DNA from: [Scytonema hofmanni] UTEX 2349
GTDB lineage: Bacteria > Cyanobacteriota > Cyanobacteriia > Cyanobacteriales > Nostocaceae
DNA length: 20,383 bases
Direction of reading: 5' to 3'
Assembly: GCF_000582685.1 (NCBI RefSeq)
Contig: NZ_KK073768.1
Location: 3,905,345-3,925,727, forward strand
Made by a program: the position numbers and the translations under genes. The notes beneath the pieces were generated by a model. It had not been told where the DNA came from, did no database searches, and saw only the letters and a list, made by a program, of their open reading frames with translations. Position 1 is the stretch's first letter. Every line of letters starts with the position of its first letter. This document shows positions 1 through 6,198 of the stretch, piece by piece.

Positions 1-934
1 GGTAGCGATCGCTATAACCCATCGCTTTTAATGTGGCATATTCTGGTAAATGATTTGTCACGTCGGTGTAGAGTATTTGATAAACAATCACAATCCCGAC
101 GATAAAGCCCACTACTACACCAAGTCCAAAAATAAACCCAATTGTGCCTTGGCTTTCCCAGTAATATCTCTCAACTGCAATAAAGTCTTCGCGAGTCAAA
201 ACTTTGACATCGTTCGGCAGGGCGGCGGTAAGCTCCGCTTTAACTATGATAGAATTTATACCTGATTTTAATTGAATTAAACCTACGTCTATTTGATGCG
301 GTTGACGTTCGGGAAACAACTTCAAAAATGTGGAATCGCTGGTGATGACGTTGCCATCAGCACCAAAGGATGCACCAAGAGTAAACAGTCCTGTTACTTG
401 AATATTTTGGTTATTCAATTCTGTTTCCATTGTCTGATGCTTTTGGACGAGGTTGGCGATCGCCCCATATTCGGGACGAGAAGCGCGATCGAATAATACG
501 TTATTCAGAAGTTTTAACTCTGTCGCATTTTGTTTAACTTCTGGTAGCTTAAAGCTAGGGGCTTCAGGTTCTATTCCCCAGATTAAAATGGCGCGGTTTA
601 TCCGAGTTTCGGCATTTTTCCACTGTCCCATACCAATATAAATTGAACTGACTGCTTCAACATTTTCCGAAACCAATGTTTGATACAATCGTTCTCTAGG
701 AAAGCTTTTTGGTGAAGCTAAAGTTTGAAATTGGGGATTAATAACTACCAAATCTGCTTGTAGTAAACTATGCGCCAGGGTAGCGCTGTCATAAAGCGAG
801 TCTTGTAAGCCCAATTGACTAAACATTAACATGTCTGCAAAGGCAATTCCAGCCGCTGCAACCATCAAACGAGTTTTTTCTTTCATTAACTGCCGCCACG
901 CTAGCGGAGTTTTCCGAAATAATTTGCCCACCAT
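1..934 (-). CDS. devC: DevC-family ABC exporter permease (FtsX-like), N-terminal 311 codons; C-terminus runs off the left edge
   Basis: Hand translation of the minus strand from ATG 934-932 is open to base 1: MVGKLFRKTPLAWRQLMKEKTRLMVAAAGIAFADMLMFSQLGLQDSLYDSATLAHSLLQADLVVINPQF...YYWESQGTIGFIFGLGVVVGFIVGIVIVYQILYTDVTNHLPEYATLKAMGYSDRY. The N-terminal and EYATLKAMGY motifs are typical of cyanobacterial DevC. It is absent from the ORF track only because there is no stop in the window. Plus-strand ORFs 50-641 are antisense shadows. Confidence 0.85.
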   Translation of the reverse strand, partial: MVGKLFRKTPLAWRQLMKEKTRLMVAAAGIAFADMLMFSQLGLQDSLYDSATLAHSLLQADLVVINPQFQTLASPKSFPRERLYQTLVSENVEAVSSIYIGMGQWKNAETRINRAILIWGIEPEAPSFKLPEVKQNATELKLLNNVLFDRASRPEYGAIANLVQKHQTMETELNNQNIQVTGLFTLGASFGADGNVITSDSTFLKLFPERQPHQIDVGLIQLKSGINSIIVKAELTAALPNDVKVLTREDFIAVERYYWESQGTIGFIFGLGVVVGFIVGIVIVYQILYTDVTNHLPEYATLKAMGYSDRY

Positions 935-997
935 ATTATAATCCTAAGTATTGATAACTTCTTAGTCGGCGCTTTAGCGCTGAAATACTAATTACAA

Positions 998-1324
998 TTA
1001 GTCAGTTTGCTGTTCAACTTGGCGCTGCCGAATTAATAGAAATAATGGCAAACCAAACGAAACGCCAACCAAAAGATTGCAGATAACGTAAACCCAGAGA
1101 TATCGCATTTTCAAACGTGTTCCTTCCCAAAATACAAATGTCCAGAAGACTAGGGATGACACCGCAACATCCATGCCAAAAAATCCCGAAATTCGGTTAG
1201 CAAAAAGCTGTTCAAAAAACAGCTTTATATCAAGTCCATGTTCCAAAAGAAACGGAACGAACTGAGAATACGGCAAAATTAAACCGAGGATGCAAAGTAG
1301 AATATAGATAACTTGAAGCATCAT
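998..1324 (-). CDS. small integral membrane protein, DUF2834-like (108 aa, about 3 TM segments)
   Basis: ORF track. Hydrophobic segments ILLCILGLILPY, VAVSSLVFWTFVFW and VYVICNLLVGVSFGLPLFLLI. Same strand as devB and devC and lies between them. Confidence 0.55.
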   Translation of the reverse strand: MMLQVIYILLCILGLILPYSQFVPFLLEHGLDIKLFFEQLFANRISGFFGMDVAVSSLVFWTFVFWEGTRLKMRYLWVYVICNLLVGVSFGLPLFLLIRQRQVEQQTD

Positions 1325-1349
1325 TTAATCTCCAAAAATGTATCACTAT

Positions 1350-1547
1350 TTACCACAGCAATTCATTGACAAATGATAGAAAGTCTGCAAAGTTAATTTT
1401 TGCAAAAGTCATCAAAAAGCGAACTTTTTCTTTACTTTTTTTGCGCTCGCTTGAAAAAATTACTCTCCAAGCTGTAATTAATAAAATTGTCCAAGGATAA
1501 GTTCTTCTCAGAAGTTGAAACCAAATTAGAGAGTTTTTACCTACCAT
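1350..1547 (-). CDS. hypothetical 65-aa protein; may not be a real gene
   Basis: ORF only, AT-rich, no recognised domain. N-terminus MVGK-NSLIWFQLL weakly echoes the devC N-terminus MVGKLFRKTPLAWRQLM. Confidence 0.2.
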   Translation of the reverse strand: MVGKNSLIWFQLLRRTYPWTILLITAWRVIFSSERKKSKEKVRFLMTFAKINFADFLSFVNELLW

Positions 1548-1705
1548 GATTGCATGATGAGTTTAATTAATGTTTTTGTGCTGCATAACCGTGGTGTGAA
1601 TCGTAATATTCAATTTCTCGACGTATATTGCAAAATCATCCTCTAAATATGCAACGCCAATATATTTAATACCGAACATCCGTTATACTATAAAACAAAC
1701 AAACT

Positions 1706-2998
1706 TTACAATTCAATTGCTGTCTGCACCTGTAAGTTAGTAAAACCCGCAACTCGTTGACTATCTTCGGGGTTAAGGCGAATTTTTACTTCAATTACTC
1801 GGCGATCTAAATTTTCTCCTGGCTGATTGCTGAAAACGTTTTGCCGATTTACCTGCAAGCCAATTTGAGAAACGGTGCCGCGCAGTTTACCAGAAAACGC
1901 TTGACTGGTAATTACAGCTTGCTGTCCGAGTTTCACTTTACTAATATCGGTTTGATAAACTTCTGTAACTGCAACCATCTTGTCAGTTTGTGCTAAGTCT
2001 GCAATGCCAGCGTCATCAATTTTTTCGCCTATTCGCGTGTGAATTTTCAGAATTTTTCCTGTTATTGGTGCTTTGATATAAGCTGCTTCTAAGTCGGTTT
2101 TGGCGTGTTTGACTGAAGCGATCGCATTATCAACTTCTGTCTGCGCTGCTTGCACATCTACCGAACGAACTTCGGAAATACTATTAAATGTGGCTTTGGC
2201 TTCGCTGATTTGTTTGTTACCAGTGGCATTAATTCGGTTGAGTGTGGCTTTGGCTTCGCTGATTTGCTTGTTACCTGTGGCGTTAATTCGGTTGAAAACG
2301 GCTTTCGCTTCACTTAATTGCTGTTTGCTAGTTTCTACAGTTAACCGCTTACTATCAAACAAAGAACTAGAAATTGCACCTTCTTTATATAATTGTTGAT
2401 AACGCTGATATTCAGCTTGCGCGTTGTTAAGTTCGGCTTCAAGTTTTCTAATTGTTGCTTGTTGGGCAATCTTGTCTCCTTGTAATTGCGCTTTTAATCG
2501 GGCTATAGTTTCAGCTTGAGCGATTTTATCACCTTGCAATTGCGCCTGCAAACGTTCAACACTAGCTTGTTGTGCTTGAATTTCTCCGGTTTTTGCCCCA
2601 GCTTTTACTTGTGCGAGTTTCGATGAAGCGACATTTATCTGTTGTTGAGTTTGTTGGAAAGCGTCTTGCAAGCGATCGCGAGAATCGAGAATTGCCACAA
2701 CTTGTCCAACTTGGACTGTATCACCTTCAGATACCAATATTTTCGCAATGCGATCGCCATCCAAAGCTAAAGGTGCAGACAACTTAATTACTTCTGCTTC
2801 TGGCTCAAGTCGTGCTAGCGCTGTTACTTTTTGAGGAATGCGAGGTGTAGTTTCTACTTGATTGGATGCAGAATTGTCAGCAACCCCAAACTGAGAAACA
2901 CCATAAAGAGCGATCGCACCTGTAATTCCAGTTGCAGCAACTATTAACCCAATCAACCAGTAACGATTTCCAACTTTAAATAAAAGATTTGTACTCAT
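1706..2998 (-). CDS. devB: DevB-family membrane fusion protein (HlyD-like periplasmic adaptor) of an ABC exporter
   Basis: ORF 1706-3067 trimmed to ATG 2998-2996 (MSTNLLFKVGNRYWLIGLIVAATGITGAIALYG). It has an N-terminal TM anchor, long coiled-coil repeats (AQLQGDKIAQ x2, NRINATGNKQISEAKAT x2) and a C-terminal beta-barrel region (VTEVYQTDISKVKLGQQAVITS). The longer ORF start would overlap the TetR gene by 70 nt. Confidence 0.85.
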   Translation of the reverse strand: MSTNLLFKVGNRYWLIGLIVAATGITGAIALYGVSQFGVADNSASNQVETTPRIPQKVTALARLEPEAEVIKLSAPLALDGDRIAKILVSEGDTVQVGQVVAILDSRDRLQDAFQQTQQQINVASSKLAQVKAGAKTGEIQAQQASVERLQAQLQGDKIAQAETIARLKAQLQGDKIAQQATIRKLEAELNNAQAEYQRYQQLYKEGAISSSLFDSKRLTVETSKQQLSEAKAVFNRINATGNKQISEAKATLNRINATGNKQISEAKATFNSISEVRSVDVQAAQTEVDNAIASVKHAKTDLEAAYIKAPITGKILKIHTRIGEKIDDAGIADLAQTDKMVAVTEVYQTDISKVKLGQQAVITSQAFSGKLRGTVSQIGLQVNRQNVFSNQPGENLDRRVIEVKIRLNPEDSQRVAGFTNLQVQTAIEL

Positions 2999-3588
2999 AA
3001 TTTTCCTGTATTTAACATATTTTCTTTCTCTAAATATGCCATTAGCATTTTGCCCAATAAAGTACATTGTTCGGGAATCGAAACCATTTTATTCTTGAAT
3101 AATCGCTCGACTATTAGCCCATCAATAAACGAGTATATAAATGCTGCTATTACTGGATCTTGAATACCTGAAATTTCATATATGGCTTGTTTATATCTCT
3201 CATTTATTCTATTAAATGCGTCAATATTTTGCATTCCTTGAGCGTTTTGATGCTGACAAAAGTCAACTAATAAATAAGTCCATTTAATCAAGTAATCCTC
3301 TTCTTTTATTAGGAATTTGCCAATAATTTCTAGCTGTTCTGGCAGTGTTTGCGTTCCTGACAACTCAGTTGTTGCCTTCAACAAATCTTGTTGACATATT
3401 TCCTCCATCAATTGCTCAAATAAAGCTTGCTTGCTGGGAAAATAATGATACAGCGTCCCAGTAGAAACTCTTAATCCGTCAGCAATTTGGCGCATGGTAA
3501 TCGAGCCATAGCCTTTCTCGGCAAATAAATCAAAGCATTTGCTAAGTAATTCTTTGCGATATTGGTTATGGTCAACAATTTTCGGCAT
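2995..3588 (-). CDS. TetR/AcrR family transcriptional regulator
   Basis: N-terminal HTH FAEKGYGSITMRQIADGLRVSTGTLYHYFPSKQALF. Its TGA stop overlaps the devB ATG (ATGA at 2998-2995), suggesting one operon and translational coupling. Confidence 0.9.
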   Translation of the reverse strand: MPKIVDHNQYRKELLSKCFDLFAEKGYGSITMRQIADGLRVSTGTLYHYFPSKQALFEQLMEEICQQDLLKATTELSGTQTLPEQLEIIGKFLIKEEDYLIKWTYLLVDFCQHQNAQGMQNIDAFNRINERYKQAIYEISGIQDPVIAAFIYSFIDGLIVERLFKNKMVSIPEQCTLLGKMLMAYLEKENMLNTGKL

Positions 3589-3607
3589 TAGTCTTAACTT
3601 TATTTAT

Positions 3608-3624
3608 ATCGAACGGTCGTTATC
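3608..3624. promoter_or_regulatory. candidate TetR operator (ATCGAACGGTCGTTATC) just upstream of the TetR start; related motif at 1671-1687
   Basis: Contains the near-palindrome AACG-NN-CGTT. A similar 17-mer, ACCGAACATCCGTTATA, lies downstream of devB and upstream of the small ORFs and devC. Confidence 0.25.
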
Positions 3625-3833
3625 CATAAGGGTAATATGCTTTTTACACTGTTGTCAAGGAAACGGGGAATGAGGAAGTGGGATGATCACTTGGGGATAA
3701 TTCTTTCTTCCGCATTACTGATTATAAATATTTTCCCGCACAATCTCAAGCCTTATCTTCGGCTCTTCATCATTTCCTCATTTTTATCGTCTAGCTTTCG
3801 GGAGATGACAACTAACTAAAGTAAGAGGTTTTC

Positions 3834-3853
3834 TATGAATTTGTTATGAATTT
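3834..3853 (+). promoter_or_regulatory. 11-bp-phased direct repeat TATGAATTT-GT-TATGAATTT containing TTGTTA; possible OmpR-class binding site
   Basis: Direct repeats with 11-bp spacing, ~125 bp upstream of the RcaC-like gene. Confidence 0.25.
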
Positions 3854-3974
3854 CAGGCTTTTACTGGGATGATGTGCGATCGCATTGCTGCGCTTGGCGA
3901 TCGCGCATCTTCAATTCTCAATTCAAAGTGCTTTATCAGAATTAACACTCCAGCAAATGAGTTAATACTCGGCA

Positions 3975-5816
3975 ATGACGGATTATGACATGAAAATTCT
4001 AGTAGTGGAGGACGATCAGCGTACTGCTTCGATGGTGTCAGAAGTGCTCAGATCCCATAATTACATAGTTGATACGATCGCAGAGAGTCAAACAGCTTTG
4101 CAACTAGTGCGAGGTTTTGCATATGACCTGATCATCCTCGATATAGTTTTACCTGGGTTGGATGGCATTAGTCTTTGTCGTCAATTGCGATTTAACGGCT
4201 ATCAAATGCCGATTTTGCTATTAACTGTCAAAGATAGCAGCACCGATAAGGTGATGGGATTAGATGCAGGTGCAGATGATTACATGGTCAAACCCTTTGA
4301 CGTATCAGAACTAGTTGCCCGCGTTCGCGCTTTATTGCGACGAGGAAGTTATATTTTGGCATCGGTACTGACTTGGGGAAAGCTACAACTTGACAGCAGT
4401 AGCAGTAAAGTTGTTTATGAAGGGAGGCTTTTACGACTGACAGCAACAGAATATCGTTTATTACAGCTTTTTTTGCGAAATCCGCAACGTATATTTAGCC
4501 GGAGTATGATTTTAGACCGTCTTTGGTCGATTGCCGAGTATCCGGGTGAAGATGCGGTGACAACTCACATCAAAAAACTTCGCCAGAAATTAAAAGCAGC
4601 AGGAATGACTGCTGATTTAATTGAAACCATCTACGGCTTAGGATATCGTCTTTTACCTCCACCAGAACAGACACCTGGTAAATCGTCATTGTTTTCTACT
4701 GATGCTGACAGGCAACAGGCTGAAAATATGGTGATAGAGTCTGTTAACAATATTTGGCAGCGCAGCAAGGAGAGCTTTACTAGTCAATTAGTATTATTTG
4801 AGCAGGTGGTTGCTGCTTTGATGACAGACACCCTTTCTCGGCAAATCCAAGACACAGCAAAGCTAGAAGCTCATAAAATGGCTGGTTCACTGGGTTCTTT
4901 CGGCTTTAATGAAGGTTCGAGATTAGCACACCAGATTGAAGAGTTGCTTGAAAGTGAAGCAATTGGACAACAAGCAACGCAACTACAGCAACTAGTTAGT
5001 TTGTTACAACAAGAACTAGAAAAGCCACCAGTTTTAAGTGCTGTTGCGCCTGTTGTGGAACAATCTGCTTTAATACTGATAATTGATGACGATCGCTTAT
5101 TAATTGAACAAATCATGCAATCGGCATTCGCTTTAAATTTGCGAGTAGAAGTAGCGAATTCTTTAGCTGCTGGTAGAGAAGCGATCGCTCAAAATCCCCC
5201 AGACGTGATTTTGCTCAATCTGATTTTTGCTGACACCAATGAGAATGGACTGACACTACTCGCTGAATTAGCACAAAGTAAATCTTTAATCCCGGTGTTA
5301 GTATTGACCATAAGGGGTAGCTTGGTTGACCGAGTAGAAGTAGCTCGTTTGGGCGCTCGTGCCTTTTTACACAAGCCCATAGCTCCAGAGCAAATCCTCA
5401 AAGCTGTTACGCAGATACTGAATCAAGCTACCACAACTGAAGCCAGAGTTCTAATTGTGGATAATGATCCCCAAGTACTGACAACCTTGACCGATTTACT
5501 ACAACCTTGGGGACTTGATGTCACAACTTTAGAAGATCCGCAAAATTTCTGGGAAGTGCTAACTACTACAGTTCCTGACCTACTAATTTTAGACGCTTCT
5601 ATGCCTACCTTCAGCGGTATACTTCTTTGTCAAGTGGTACGTCAAGATCCTCATTGGGGAGATTTACCCATCGTCGTACTGACATCTGACACTAATGCTG
5701 ATACCATACGTCAAGTATTTGCCGCAGGTGCAGATGATTATGTAGGTAAACCAATTGTAGAACCAGAACTTATTACCCGGATTATCAGCCGTTTAAAACG
5801 GGTACAACTGTGGTAA
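3975..5816 (+). CDS. RcaC-like multidomain response regulator: REC (D56) - OmpR winged helix - HPt (H300) - degenerate REC (N415 at the phospho-site) - REC (D540)
   Basis: KILVVEDD...DLIILDIVLPGLDG...KP. Trans_reg_C region LTATEYRLLQLFLRNPQRIFSR...YGLGYRL. HPt motif AHKMAGSLGSFGF. Third domain LILIIDDD...DVILLNLIF (Asn replaces the acceptor Asp). Fourth domain VLIVDND...DLLILDASMP...GADDYVGKP. Confidence 0.85.
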   Translation: MTDYDMKILVVEDDQRTASMVSEVLRSHNYIVDTIAESQTALQLVRGFAYDLIILDIVLPGLDGISLCRQLRFNGYQMPILLLTVKDSSTDKVMGLDAGADDYMVKPFDVSELVARVRALLRRGSYILASVLTWGKLQLDSSSSKVVYEGRLLRLTATEYRLLQLFLRNPQRIFSRSMILDRLWSIAEYPGEDAVTTHIKKLRQKLKAAGMTADLIETIYGLGYRLLPPPEQTPGKSSLFSTDADRQQAENMVIESVNNIWQRSKESFTSQLVLFEQVVAALMTDTLSRQIQDTAKLEAHKMAGSLGSFGFNEGSRLAHQIEELLESEAIGQQATQLQQLVSLLQQELEKPPVLSAVAPVVEQSALILIIDDDRLLIEQIMQSAFALNLRVEVANSLAAGREAIAQNPPDVILLNLIFADTNENGLTLLAELAQSKSLIPVLVLTIRGSLVDRVEVARLGARAFLHKPIAPEQILKAVTQILNQATTTEARVLIVDNDPQVLTTLTDLLQPWGLDVTTLEDPQNFWEVLTTTVPDLLILDASMPTFSGILLCQVVRQDPHWGDLPIVVLTSDTNADTIRQVFAAGADDYVGKPIVEPELITRIISRLKRVQLW

Positions 5817-5895
5817 GAGAAACTTTTGAGTCCTGAGTTCCAAGTCAGAGAAAGTTTATAAATCTTGAGTTATGAGTCCTGAGTTTTAAATTTTG

Positions 5896-5930
5896 ACTCA
5901 ATACTCAACACTCAACACTTAACACTCTTA
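5896..5930. repeat. STRR-like heptamer tract (ACTCAAY x5), with complementary GAGT-rich heptamers at ~5825-5890
   Basis: actcaat actcaac actcaac acttaac actctta, read directly. The upstream gagtcctgagtt motif occurs twice. Confidence 0.7.
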
Positions 5931-6057
5931 CTTTGCTCTCAGCACTCCTAGTGATATTATTAATTGTTAATTTAAAATTAATCTTGCTTTAAGTAGCGAT
6001 GGGGAAAAGTATTTTTCTAAGAACTAATATCATGTCCGGTAGATTATATATGATGTA

Positions 6058-6080
6058 GAGACGTAGCAATGCTACGTCTC
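6058..6080. repeat. small dispersed palindromic hairpin element GAGACGTAGCA-A-TGCTACGTCTC
   Basis: Perfect 11+1+11 palindrome, nested in a looser inverted repeat (aatatcatgtccg at ~6024 and cggacataatatc at ~6110). Related copies at 14613-14633 and 15709-15729. Confidence 0.8.
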
Positions 6081-6140
6081 GAAAGAATTTTTTATTAATG
6101 TCAATTAAACGGACATAATATCATAGCTATAACATTTTTA

Positions 6141-6175
6141 CCCAGTCCCTAGTCCCCAGTGCCTAATCCCTCATT
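6141..6175. repeat. STRR1-type heptamer tract (CCCCAGT-like x5)
   Basis: cccagtc cctagtc cccagtg cctaatc cctcatt, immediately upstream of the phytochrome gene. Confidence 0.7.
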
Positions 6176-6198
6176 TAATAGTTAACAGTGTAATTCCT

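Noticed and set aside
50-641. Three plus-strand ORFs (50-265, 293-496, 453-641).
   Set aside because: They are antisense shadows of the devC coding region, which translates cleanly on the minus strand across the whole interval.
2100-2399. 99-aa plus-strand ORF with internal repeats. The same judgement applies to other antisense ORFs inside large genes (2572-2787, 4871-5116, 5189-5401, 7911-8108, 9104-9337, 9786-10190, 11439-11714, 12731-13071, 15802-16053, 16339-16551, 16843-17116).
   Set aside because: All lie antisense or out of frame within strongly supported CDSs. The repeat in 2100-2399 merely mirrors the devB coiled-coil duplication.
2998-3067. Long N-terminal extensions of the devB (to 3067), SDR (to 14350) and ABM (to 13488) ORFs.
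   Set aside because: The extensions overlap the neighbouring gene or divergent promoter and lack family similarity. Internal ATGs give proteins that begin at the canonical family N-termini.
3637-3819. 60-aa plus-strand ORF in the TetR/RcaC-like intergenic region.
   Set aside because: No recognisable domain, low-complexity sequence (SSFLSSSF) and no convincing RBS. It more likely lies in promoter or 5' UTR DNA. It could still be a small protein, but the sequence alone does not support that.
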